A DNA stretch of 64,000 nucleotides from Escherichia phage vB_EcoM-ZQ3: the sequence record MW630116.1, one strand, 5' to 3'. The notes below the pieces were generated by a model. The model did no database searches and had not been told where the DNA came from. It saw nothing but the letters and a program-made list of their open reading frames with translations. Shown one piece after another: positions 36,200 through 44,047 of the stretch. The position numbers and the translations under genes were made by a program. Within the stretch, counting starts at the first letter, position 1, and every line of letters starts with the position of its first letter.

Positions 36200-36463
36200 A
36201 TGAAAACGTATAAAGAATTTATCGCTGAATCTCAATCTTCTACTCTGTCAGAGAACTACGAATCATTCTCTTACAACAACGACCATGCAATGTTCTACGA
36301 CCGAAACATCGGTACTTATGTCCATGTGTGGGGTGTTAAAGATGGTAACGTAGTTGTTAAGAAAAACTCTAAAGAAGGCAATGGTCGTGGCCAGGTAAAA
36401 ATTACCAGCAAGAAAGCTATCCAAGCTTACGTCGATTATGTTAAACGCGAAGCTGGTATTTAA
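36200..36463 (+). CDS. internal protein-like small protein with capsid-targeting N-terminus
   Basis: 87 aa from MKTYKEFIAE-SQSS; gp21-type cleavage context after Glu10. Confidence 0.6.
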   Translation: MKTYKEFIAESQSSTLSENYESFSYNNDHAMFYDRNIGTYVHVWGVKDGNVVVKKNSKEGNGRGQVKITSKKAIQAYVDYVKREAGI

Positions 36464-36465
36464 TA

Positions 36466-36505
36466 GTTTACATGATGATAGGACTATGTTATAGTAGTCC
36501 TATCA
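36466..36505 (+). promoter_or_regulatory. early promoter cassette with palindrome
   Basis: near-identical copy of cassette at 36134. Confidence 0.5.
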
Positions 36506-36525
36506 AAACATGAGAGGATAATAAA

Positions 36526-36711
36526 ATGAAACGCGCTGAACTGATTCGTAATGTTGCTGTAGTAATTGCTTCAATGGCTTTTAGTTTTTCGATGTTTGTA
36601 GGATTCATTTGTGGACTACTGACGACAACCGAAAACTCTATCTCATTGGTAGTGGCATTTCTAATCGGCTTAATCGCCATCGTTATGGATAAAATTGCAA
36701 AAGGTGAGTAA
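36526..36711 (+). CDS. small membrane protein (two predicted TM helices)
   Basis: 61 aa, hydrophobic; GAGAGGA RBS. Confidence 0.5.
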   Translation: MKRAELIRNVAVVIASMAFSFSMFVGFICGLLTTTENSISLVVAFLIGLIAIVMDKIAKGE

Positions 36712-36712
36712 A

Positions 36713-37075
36713 ATGAAATATCATGTATATGCTGATTTTGAAGCTAATCCTTCTAAAGACCCTGATTGTCGTTTGTTACGTGAACCGTTTGATTCAGCCA
36801 CAGAAGCATGGCACTGGATTAAATCTAAATCACCCGGTTATATGTTCTTTGAAGTAGTCGATGACAATGGTGCACTGCATCCAGCCCCTACGGAAACTAT
36901 TAATTTCCTTCTGTTTGCTGGTTATGAATACTATCCTTATGGTGGTATCGACGACCTTTACGCTAAAGGTAAAACTGTCGAAGCTCTTCGTGAAATATAT
37001 AAGAACGCTGAAGAAAATTTCGACTGGTACCATATTGTTAATGCCCATACCTTTGAAGTGGTGGAACATTCATGA
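36713..37075 (+). CDS. hypothetical protein
   Basis: 120 aa from MKYHVYADF; RBS AAGGTGAG; start overlaps upstream stop. Confidence 0.5.
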   Translation: MKYHVYADFEANPSKDPDCRLLREPFDSATEAWHWIKSKSPGYMFFEVVDDNGALHPAPTETINFLLFAGYEYYPYGGIDDLYAKGKTVEALREIYKNAEENFDWYHIVNAHTFEVVEHS

Positions 37076-37362
37076 TTCTTTATGCTAAAGTAAAATCTGT
37101 TGAGAATGGTTATGAAAGCGATCAGCAAGCAGCTAAAGCATTGGTCAATGATTACGGTATTTTGACTAACTTTGAAGTTGAAAAAGTTTACATCGACCGT
37201 TCATCTTCGCAGGTTAAATTACTCTGGGAAGACGGTAAATTTAATAGCGTGAATTTTGATTTCTTTATTGAAACAGAAAAAGGTCCTCTTGAATATGATA
37301 TTTTCAAGAATCCTTTGAAATTACGTTGCATTGAATATAATTACATTAATATGGTACGGTGA
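37072..37362 (+). CDS. hypothetical protein
   Basis: 96 aa; ATGA overlap with upstream gene. Confidence 0.5.
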   Translation: MILYAKVKSVENGYESDQQAAKALVNDYGILTNFEVEKVYIDRSSSQVKLLWEDGKFNSVNFDFFIETEKGPLEYDIFKNPLKLRCIEYNYINMVR

Positions 37363-37366
37363 GTAA

Positions 37367-37882
37367 ATGAATATTTGTTTAGGCAGTACAATTCCTAAGG
37401 GCTACGTAATTGATGTCACTACCTATGAAAATGATGGTGACAACTATAAAACCAAAACATTGTTTGAAGTGGAAGAGCATGAGCTCCAACAGTTTAAATA
37501 TCTCTTGAAGAAATTTAAGAGCCGTCATTCTAGCACTAAAGCCGAACGTTATTGCGGTAATACACCATTCAGTGATTGTTCGCTTTTAATCTATGAATAC
37601 TTGGTTGAAGGACTGTTCTCAGACCAGCTTTATCCAGAATTCATTAAAAAGGTCTTTGGTATCGAAGTTGACCTTGGTGACAAATCCGAAGAAGATGAAA
37701 CACGTGTATTCGACCTATTCTTTGAGAGCGGAGATGAGATATCTCAAGGACTTATTGATATTCTTGGCTATGCTTCTGAATACTATGATTACGATTTCTT
37801 GCGTGTAGTTGAACGTGTTGAATTCGCTTATATTGAAGAAGAAATTGTTTTGCCGACTGTTAAAATGATTGATTTGCTTTAA
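37367..37882 (+). CDS. hypothetical protein
   Basis: 171 aa, acidic. Confidence 0.55.
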   Translation: MNICLGSTIPKGYVIDVTTYENDGDNYKTKTLFEVEEHELQQFKYLLKKFKSRHSSTKAERYCGNTPFSDCSLLIYEYLVEGLFSDQLYPEFIKKVFGIEVDLGDKSEEDETRVFDLFFESGDEISQGLIDILGYASEYYDYDFLRVVERVEFAYIEEEIVLPTVKMIDLL

Positions 37883-37961
37883 GAATTATGTGTTATTATT
37901 AATTCATACCCTCTATTACCAAAGGTGCTCTAAAGTGCCTTTCATAATAGAAAGTTATTAA

Positions 37962-38036
37962 GGCCCTGTAGCTCAATGGGAGAGCTGTCAGCTCATAACT
38001 GATAGGTAGCTGGATCGAAACCAGCCAGGGTCACCA
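37962..38036 (+). tRNA. tRNA, anticodon CAT (Met or Ile2/lysidine)
   Basis: hand-folded cloverleaf: acceptor GGCCCTG/CAGGGTC, D stem GCTC/GAGC, anticodon loop CTCATAA, T arm GCTGG-ATCGAAA-CCAGC, encoded CCA. Confidence 0.8.
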
Positions 38037-38042
38037 AACAAA

Positions 38043-38114
38043 TGGTGCATCGTATAAAGGTTATTACGGGGAGCTGTTAACTCCTTTATCTTGGTTCGAG
38101 TCCAAGTGCGCCAG
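38043..38114 (+). tRNA. tRNA-Asn (anticodon GTT)
   Basis: acceptor TGGTGCA/TGCGCCA, anticodon stem GGGAG/CTCCT loop CTGTTAA, T arm CTTGG-TTCGAGT-CCAAG; D stem only 3 bp; no encoded CCA. Confidence 0.65.
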
Positions 38115-38188
38115 TAATTTAAACGAAGTAAATTAAGTGCTCTATCCAAATAATAAATACTCCTATATTTTATAGGAGATAATTGGTA

Positions 38189-38854
38189 ATGAGCATTTGT
38201 AAACATTGTAATATGGAATTTGATATTTCTAATAAACCTAAAGGATGGATGGCTAACCACACTAGATGGTGTAAATCCAACCCTAAATTGGAATTGTATA
38301 AAGAAAGTTCTAAATCAGCCATTGCAGCAATGAATAAAGCACGTATAGCTTCAGGTAATTTAAACCAGTATGTTGTATCTAAAAAGACTGGTGTCCCTGT
38401 AGTAATTTCGGAAGAGACTAGACAAAAATTGTCAGCCGCTTCATTAGGTAGAGAACACTCTGAGGAATCTAGAATAAAAATATCTAATGCTCGGAAAAAA
38501 TGGTTGAATGAAAACCCTGATAAACATCCTTGGAAGAAAAATACAAAATTTAAATCTGTGCCTTGTGAATTTTTGAAATCTAAATTAATAGAAAACGGAA
38601 TTTCATTTATTGAAGAATACCAACCGGTTAAAAACCGAGCGTATTGCACGGATATTGCTTTAATAGATAAAAAGATTATTATTGAAGTTAATGGAAACCA
38701 ACATTACTCCAATCCTAAGAAAAAGATTTTGGCCCCTTATTATAAAGAACGCCATGATATTATAAAATCATTAGGATGGGAAATATATGAACTTCATTAT
38801 GCTGAAGTTTATAAAGAAGATATTGTAAATAATTTAATTGCCTCTATAGTGTAA
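38189..38854 (+). CDS. putative homing endonuclease (Zn-finger / NUMOD3-like / C-terminal Vsr-DUF559-like nuclease domain)
   Basis: 222 aa from MSICKHC; CxxC...H..C N-terminus, NUMOD3-like ETRQKLSAASLGREHSEESRIKISNARKKW, C-terminal IIEVNGNQHY...D...GWEIYEL; located in tRNA cluster like T4 segB. Confidence 0.6.
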   Translation: MSICKHCNMEFDISNKPKGWMANHTRWCKSNPKLELYKESSKSAIAAMNKARIASGNLNQYVVSKKTGVPVVISEETRQKLSAASLGREHSEESRIKISNARKKWLNENPDKHPWKKNTKFKSVPCEFLKSKLIENGISFIEEYQPVKNRAYCTDIALIDKKIIIEVNGNQHYSNPKKKILAPYYKERHDIIKSLGWEIYELHYAEVYKEDIVNNLIASIV

Positions 38855-38915
38855 TGGATAGCATATAATCGTTCTAAGGTTAATGGTGAGAGTTCAAATC
38901 TTTCTAGAGGCACCA
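38840..38915 (+). tRNA. tRNA-Arg (anticodon TCT)
   Basis: acceptor GCCTCTA/TAGAGGC, anticodon stem TAATC/GGTTA loop GTTCTAA, T arm GAGAG-TTCAAAT-CTTTC, encoded CCA; overlaps last 15 nt of upstream ORF. Confidence 0.8.
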
Positions 38916-38933
38916 ACTTTAAGTGAGGAAAAT

Positions 38934-39278
38934 ATGAAAGGCAATATTTATTTGGTAGTTCATGATTTAACGTTTTATTTTAACGAACAGGATACAGTTA
39001 TTTCCGACCGGTTGATTAATTCGTTATATCAACACGCTGATTACGTTTATTTTCAAAATGAATTCGGACATTGGAAGTTTCTTAAAAACCGTTCCGGGTT
39101 AACTAGTTTTGAATACTTTGACCGTAAAGACCTTTTAAACGAAATTCCATTACAACATCGGTTCCAGAAACGCGAATCACTATACTATTGTCGCCATATA
39201 CCAAATGCTGAATGTGTTTATGAAGCGATTAATCTATGGCGTCGGCGTCGAGAGCAAATTGATGATATGCCAAAATAA
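38934..39278 (+). CDS. hypothetical protein
   Basis: 114 aa from MKGNIYLVVHDL; RBS GAGGAA; longer ORF start lies inside tRNA-Arg. Confidence 0.5.
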   Translation: MKGNIYLVVHDLTFYFNEQDTVISDRLINSLYQHADYVYFQNEFGHWKFLKNRSGLTSFEYFDRKDLLNEIPLQHRFQKRESLYYCRHIPNAECVYEAINLWRRRREQIDDMPK

Positions 39279-39279
39279 G

Positions 39280-39588
39280 AAGCCGGGTCGCTACCGGCAA
39301 GACGTCGGACTGATGTTCCCTGAGTAAGGATTGGTCTTAATAAATCTTTACGATTTGTTAATACCCCCTTACATCACAGCAGAAACGGCGCACAGAATTA
39401 TCGATTCGAGGAAATATCTTTGCCGTAAGCCGAGTAGCGTTTTTGACGGAACGTTCGGATATGGTCGAGATATGGCCTTTTAAAAATATTGAGTAGCGTC
39501 AACTGCTTAATAACCGGGTTCGAATCCCGGCGTTTCGTACAAACACTTACCTAGTAGGTGGAAACCCGACAAGGTTGCCGCAAGGCAT
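39280..39588 (+). ncRNA. ORF-free structured region, candidate small stable RNA(s) or decayed tRNA genes
   Basis: about 310 nt without ORF; hairpin GCCGG-GTCGCTA-CCGGC at 39282-39298; tRNA-like T arm CCGGG-TTCGAAT-CCCGG (39514-39530) with acceptor-like pairing CGGAACG/CGTTTCG but no canonical D/anticodon arms. Confidence 0.3.
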
Positions 39589-39617
39589 AGCCCCTTCCGA
39601 AAGGTTGGGGCTTTTTT
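39589..39617 (+). terminator. intrinsic terminator
   Basis: AGCCCCTTCC-GAAA-GGTTGGGGCT followed by TTTTTT. Confidence 0.55.
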
Positions 39618-39618
39618 G

Positions 39619-39626
39619 TATAAATA
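39619..39626 (+). promoter_or_regulatory. late promoter TATAAATA upstream of IP-like gene
   Basis: exact TATAAATA 36 nt upstream of ATG 39662. Confidence 0.45.
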
Positions 39627-39661
39627 TAGTAAACAATAAACCTACTTTCTAAGGACCATCA

Positions 39662-40282
39662 ATGTATACTTTTAATGAATTTTTAGCCGAAACGGAAGTA
39701 ATCACCGAAGCCGGCGTACGTATGACAAAAGAGAAATGGCAAGCTGCTTACGATGCTATTTCTGGTACAAAAACTAGTACAGAGTTTTTCAAAAACGTTC
39801 AAGCCATGTACGGTATCGACACTTCTAGCCAAAAAGAATATTACAGAGCTTCTAAAGCATTCAAAGATATTGTTAGTGGTGGTGTTTCTGCTAAATCGGG
39901 TTCGCCTAAAGTAAAACCTGCTCCTACCATTCCTAAACCTGCGACCCCTAAAGCAAAACCTGAGCCTAAGCCTGAAGTAAAAGCAACTCCTAAAGCTCCT
40001 GCTCTTAAGTTTGATACTTCTAGCCTGGAAAAAAAATATAAACAACTATCTTCGCTTGTTCGTGATATTGAATCCGATACATCTTCACTCGTTCGTGAAT
40101 TCAATATTCTTCGTAATGGCCAACATATCAACAACCTTGATACTCCAGACCTTTATCGTCTTTATTTGACTATCGAAGGTTTGAAGTATACTCAACCACT
40201 TCACGATGCGATTAAAGAAAAACTTCGTCAGGCAGGTCGTTTGGCTGCTGACGCTGCTCAGTATGCAAAAACTCGTAAGTAA
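39662..40282 (+). CDS. internal protein-like protein with capsid-targeting N-terminus and Pro/Lys-rich linker
   Basis: 206 aa; N-terminus MYTFNEFLAE-TE (variant of MKTYQEFIAE); low-complexity KPAPTIPKPATPKAKPEPKPEVK segment. Confidence 0.55.
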   Translation: MYTFNEFLAETEVITEAGVRMTKEKWQAAYDAISGTKTSTEFFKNVQAMYGIDTSSQKEYYRASKAFKDIVSGGVSAKSGSPKVKPAPTIPKPATPKAKPEPKPEVKATPKAPALKFDTSSLEKKYKQLSSLVRDIESDTSSLVREFNILRNGQHINNLDTPDLYRLYLTIEGLKYTQPLHDAIKEKLRQAGRLAADAAQYAKTRK

Positions 40283-40285
40283 AGA

Positions 40286-40305
40286 ATGGGGACTTCGGTC
40301 CCCAT
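40286..40305 (+). terminator. hairpin ATGGGGAC-TTCG-GTCCCCAT
   Basis: perfect 8-bp stem with UUCG loop immediately after stop of 39662 ORF; weak U-run. Confidence 0.4.
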
Positions 40306-40334
40306 TAGGGGGTCTATAACTTACTAAAAAAGTT

Positions 40335-40370
40335 GTTTACTTCTTCCCTAGTTGTGTTACTATAGTCCTA
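40335..40370 (+). promoter_or_regulatory. early promoter cassette
   Basis: GTTTAC-N17-TACTAT then conserved leader TTAAAACATGAGGAG. Confidence 0.5.
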
Positions 40371-40391
40371 TTAAAACATGAGGAGAATATT

Positions 40392-40895
40392 ATGAGTCTT
40401 TACACTGAACTGAATAAAAAATCTGAAGAATCCGCTGAAACTATTTTTAAAAACGTGCAAAAGCGTATTTTAGAAAAGATGTATAACACTGCAGCTAAAG
40501 GTGAAAAATCTTGCCGGTTTCCGATGAGGTGTTCTTCCGATTTATGCGCAAATACTATTGAATGGCTGGAAAGTGAAGGTCTTACGGTAGAGAAAAACCC
40601 GGCGTCTTCTATTGACAGTGAATCATATATTAGTATTTCTTGGGATAAATCAAGGGTAGAAGAGAAAGATGGTGATTGGGTTGTAGATGTTAAAACTTCT
40701 GATGGCGGACGTTCTGTTGAAGTTTCAGCTGTAGTTAAAGGTACCCACGAACAAAGGACTTGGGGTTGGGGTGGTGAAGAAAAAGAAATTGTTCTTAGTG
40801 TGATTGCCAGGTCAACTAGTAATAAAATTGCACAAAGCATCATTGACGCTGCAATTGCTGAAGCAGAAAAAATTTGCAAAATTAAAAATAAATGA
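40392..40895 (+). CDS. hypothetical protein
   Basis: 167 aa; GAGGAG RBS. Confidence 0.55.
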   Translation: MSLYTELNKKSEESAETIFKNVQKRILEKMYNTAAKGEKSCRFPMRCSSDLCANTIEWLESEGLTVEKNPASSIDSESYISISWDKSRVEEKDGDWVVDVKTSDGGRSVEVSAVVKGTHEQRTWGWGGEEKEIVLSVIARSTSNKIAQSIIDAAIAEAEKICKIKNK

Positions 40896-40934
40896 TGTAC
40901 AAACGCCAAGGACGGTGTTACTATAGACCTATCA
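40895..40934 (+). promoter_or_regulatory. early promoter cassette (variant -35 TGTACA)
   Basis: TGTACA...TACTAT then conserved leader TAGACCTATCAACTACAGAGGAG. Confidence 0.4.
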
Positions 40935-40953
40935 ACTACAGAGGAGAAACAAA

Positions 40954-41181
40954 ATGGCTACAGTTAGTATTGATGTCGTTGATTATGAATACACCGAAGA
41001 AGTTATTCGCAGCCGTCACCCTGAAGTTCGTATCGATTCAGTCCAAGATTCCAAGTTTTGGACAACCGAGCTTAATCTGAGTGGTCCTTATGAAGCTGTT
41101 AAGAAGTTCATGGTTGAAGAATACTGCGAAGGCATGCACCCCGAAGACGCCGAGTTTTATGTCAATTTGATTAAAAAATAA
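40954..41181 (+). CDS. hypothetical protein
   Basis: 75 aa acidic protein; GAGGAG RBS. Confidence 0.5.
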   Translation: MATVSIDVVDYEYTEEVIRSRHPEVRIDSVQDSKFWTTELNLSGPYEAVKKFMVEEYCEGMHPEDAEFYVNLIKK

Positions 41182-41253
41182 TTTACAAACTCTTGAGAGC
41201 AGAGTATAATGCTCTCATTGGATAATAAACACCACCAATTGAAAGGTAATAAT

Positions 41254-41847
41254 ATGAACACACTGAAGAAACTTGTTGAATTCATCCGCACTAAACTGGG
41301 TACTGCTATGGCTAAAAATCTGACTGTCGAAGAACAGTATAACGCAGCTGCAGATAAGTTGATTACCCAAATCAAAGAACTAAAAACGGCTTCTGTTAAA
41401 TCTATTAATGAAGAAAAACGTATTCGCGAACTTGTTATTGAAAAGAATAAGCAAGCCGCTTCTAAGGAACGTGAAATTCGTAAGCTCCTGGCTGAAGGAC
41501 AAGATGTTACCATGCATGCTAAGCTTGGTCTTCTGTATCGTCGAACTGCCGAACAACTTAATACAAAAGCTGACGGGTACGCTGCTATGCGAATTGAAAT
41601 TGCTCGTAAGGTGGTTGAACTTGACGATGCTCGTCAGAATCTGGCAATCAAACTCGAATACATTCGTGAAACTCGAGCAGCTAATGCCCTTGGTATCTCT
41701 ACGGCTGATGATGTAATTGAAATCGCTGCACTAACTAAGGTTGATATCGAAGACACTCTGACTCGTGTTGAAACGTTCAATGGCACACCAGCTGGTGTCG
41801 AAACCACTTCTGCTGATGTACAAGAATATATTAACTCTTTGAAATAA
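41254..41847 (+). CDS. hypothetical coiled-coil protein
   Basis: 197 aa from [10 protein letters not shown]; heptad-rich; RBS GAAAGG. Confidence 0.5.
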   Translation: MNTLKKLVEFIRTKLGTAMAKNLTVEEQYNAAADKLITQIKELKTASVKSINEEKRIRELVIEKNKQAASKEREIRKLLAEGQDVTMHAKLGLLYRRTAEQLNTKADGYAAMRIEIARKVVELDDARQNLAIKLEYIRETRAANALGISTADDVIEIAALTKVDIEDTLTRVETFNGTPAGVETTSADVQEYINSLK

Positions 41848-41856
41848 AATAATACG

Positions 41857-41880
41857 GAGGACTCCGGTCCTCCTTTTGGA
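41857..41880 (+). terminator. intrinsic terminator
   Basis: GGAGGAC-TCCG-GTCCTCC followed by TTTTGG. Confidence 0.55.
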
Positions 41881-41896
41881 TAATAAAGGAGTTAAC

Positions 41897-42319
41897 ATGC
41901 GAAACCAAAATAATGATATTGACTCAATGTTCGAAGAGTTCCGAAATAAGGTAAATCCACCTACGTCTTTAGTTGATTCATTACGATATGTTGCAACTGG
42001 ACGTAAATGGTACTGGTCGTCTTCTTATGAGACAACTGAATATGCAAATAACCGAAAATCTTTATTAGCCCCAGGTATTATGATTCATGATATCGGAGCT
42101 ATTGCTAAACTAGTTGCGGACCATGATATTAGATTCACTGATTTCGTTGCTCCTACGTGGTCTGTTTGTTGTTTAAACACTGAATGGGACTATATCAGTG
42201 AACGCTCTGAAGATTATTATGGTTTTAGAGATAAGCTCTTAAGGTCTAACATGTTTTATATCGATACTGAAGTTCTAGTCGATAATAAAATATTACTTTA
42301 CGTTAATCGTCGATTCTGA
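41897..42319 (+). CDS. hypothetical protein
   Basis: 140 aa from MRNQNNDIDSMFEEF; RBS AAAGGAG. Confidence 0.5.
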   Translation: MRNQNNDIDSMFEEFRNKVNPPTSLVDSLRYVATGRKWYWSSSYETTEYANNRKSLLAPGIMIHDIGAIAKLVADHDIRFTDFVAPTWSVCCLNTEWDYISERSEDYYGFRDKLLRSNMFYIDTEVLVDNKILLYVNRRF

Positions 42320-42323
42320 AACT

Positions 42324-42491
42324 ATGTATGAAGGCAAGCCTTTGCTTAAAAGAGTTGATGCTTTAAGTGCTATTGATGCGCTTTATGAAACCATGGTTGT
42401 TAGTCCTAATTTCACTAACAATTTAATCCTTGAGCAATTTATTATGGAATGTAGAGAATATGTCAAAGCCAACCCTATACATGCCAATTAA
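42324..42491 (+). CDS. small ORF ending in conserved FIMECR peptide
   Basis: 55 aa; carries the FIxECR junction motif shared with three other loci; overlaps next gene start. Confidence 0.3.
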   Translation: MYEGKPLLKRVDALSAIDALYETMVVSPNFTNNLILEQFIMECREYVKANPIHAN

Positions 42492-42855
42492 GCCCTGGGC
42501 ATACGAATACAAACGTAAATTAATCCCAAACGAAGTACTATTTGGCCCTATTTTAGCTTTAGCGTTTTTAATCTTTATGATTATAGGAGCTGTTTTAGAT
42601 TCCAATAAAGTTATATCGTCTGATGCAGCGTTTTCATTAATGTTCGTCGCACCACTTATTGTACCATTTTTATTAATGCCTATTAATTGGGCAGGATATT
42701 GGCACCAAGGCCGTCATCACAGAGCTCGAGTTCGTGAGTGGAAAGTTCAGTGCGCAAAAGCCCAAGCTCAGTATGATGAAGCTGTTAAAAAGTATGAATA
42801 CGAAGAAGCTATGGAATTCGTTAAGGAAATAAGATGCAAAAGCCTCAACTCTTAA
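42460..42855 (+). CDS. membrane protein
   Basis: 131 aa from MSKPTLYMP; two hydrophobic helices; basic C-terminus. Confidence 0.5.
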   Translation: MSKPTLYMPIKPWAYEYKRKLIPNEVLFGPILALAFLIFMIIGAVLDSNKVISSDAAFSLMFVAPLIVPFLLMPINWAGYWHQGRHHRARVREWKVQCAKAQAQYDEAVKKYEYEEAMEFVKEIRCKSLNS

Positions 42856-43085
42856 CCGTATGGCCGTCTCTTGGTGAGAACATTCTAATTTTTATTATGA
42901 GTATTGGCATGGGATTTGCCTTTGGATTAGTTGGATTTCTTATTGACGGCGTTGTGTTAGGATTTATAGGGAACACTGGTGGATTCACAGACCAATGGCA
43001 GGACCTAAGATACACCCAAGCCTTTGCATCTATCGCATCATTTTGTACTGTAAGTCTATTTTTACTACGATTTTATAAACCATAA
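42834..43085 (+). CDS. small membrane protein
   Basis: 83 aa, Gly-rich TM segments. Confidence 0.5.
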   Translation: MQKPQLLTVWPSLGENILIFIMSIGMGFAFGLVGFLIDGVVLGFIGNTGGFTDQWQDLRYTQAFASIASFCTVSLFLLRFYKP

Positions 43086-43190
43086 CAAGAAAAATAAAAA
43101 GGTTTACGCTTCTCAAATGATTAGTTATAATGAACTCCTAGCTAGACGTGAAAATGAAACAATAGAAAACTTTATTAAGGAATGTAGAAA

Positions 43191-43496
43191 ATGAGTAAGA
43201 TTATTGAAATTAAAGTACCAGAGTTTAATGATGCTAAATCCGCTTCAGATGCAATTTATAAACTTCTGAATCAAGCTGAACGTATCGAAGAAGAAGCAAC
43301 AAAGATCGCAGACCAATATGCCGTATCATTTTCTGTAGGTGATTATGGTAGTGGTCGTACTTATTATCCTAAGGGTGAAATTGTATCCCAGTGGATGAAA
43401 GATGAAATTGAAAATAATGGTGGTGATGTTAAACGTGAAGGTAATGGTTACGTTATTACTGAAGGTGCTTGGGTTTCGTCTTCTTCGATGTGCTAA
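43191..43496 (+). CDS. small protein, paralog 1 of C-terminal GxWVSSSxxC family
   Basis: 101 aa; ends GAWVSSSSMC; RBS AAGGAA. Confidence 0.55.
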   Translation: MSKIIEIKVPEFNDAKSASDAIYKLLNQAERIEEEATKIADQYAVSFSVGDYGSGRTYYPKGEIVSQWMKDEIENNGGDVKREGNGYVITEGAWVSSSSMC

Positions 43497-43505
43497 GGAA
43501 TCATT

Positions 43506-43778
43506 ATGTCTAAAGAACAAACCGAACTGGCTGAAGCCGTAGCAAAAATCTATGCAGCTATTGAGGCTGCCAAAGAAATTGCTGATAAACAAAACACAAC
43601 ATTCGACTTGTATCCGGCTTATGGTATGGGTGGAACCTATCATTCACCCGGACAACTTAAAGCCGATCTTGAACGTTGTACAAAAAACGGCTATGCTGAA
43701 TGGGCTGACGTTTACCAATACGACTACAACCTGAGCCTCGAAACTGGTGGTTGGATTGCATCTTCTCATACTTGCTAA
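43506..43778 (+). CDS. small protein, paralog 2 of C-terminal GxWVSSSxxC family
   Basis: 90 aa; ends GGWIASSHTC; preceded by TGCTAAGGAA..ATG. Confidence 0.55.
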   Translation: MSKEQTELAEAVAKIYAAIEAAKEIADKQNTTFDLYPAYGMGGTYHSPGQLKADLERCTKNGYAEWADVYQYDYNLSLETGGWIASSHTC

Positions 43779-43787
43779 GGAAACCAT

Positions 43788-43985
43788 ATGTCTCGTGAAT
43801 TAGATTGTGCTGTACGTACCGCAGTAGCTGCTCTGGAAAACCTGTTCCAAATTGCAACAGAAGAACGCGAAGAAGTTACATTGTGGATTGAAGATAACGC
43901 AGGTCTGAATCTCCAGGACGCGATCTCATTATCCAATAATAGCATTACTGTTCAAGGCTGGGTATCATCTAGTTATTCTTGCTAA
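43788..43985 (+). CDS. small protein, paralog 3 of C-terminal GxWVSSSxxC family
   Basis: 65 aa; ends QGWVSSSYSC; preceded by TGCTAAGGAA..ATG. Confidence 0.55.
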   Translation: MSRELDCAVRTAVAALENLFQIATEEREEVTLWIEDNAGLNLQDAISLSNNSITVQGWVSSSYSC

Positions 43986-43989
43986 AACA

Positions 43990-44029
43990 GTTTACAACAA
44001 GATAGGGCTATGTTATAGTAGTCCTATCA
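43990..44029 (+). promoter_or_regulatory. early promoter cassette with palindrome
   Basis: GTTTAC then GATAGGGCTA/TAGTCCTATC inverted repeat. Confidence 0.5.
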
Positions 44030-44047
44030 AATTAAATGGAGTCCACA

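Noticed and set aside
39447-39538. Possible long-arm (type II) tRNA using T arm at 39514-39530
   Set aside because: Acceptor and T arms pair, but no acceptable D arm or 5-bp anticodon stem could be folded by hand; kept only as a tRNA-like or ncRNA candidate.
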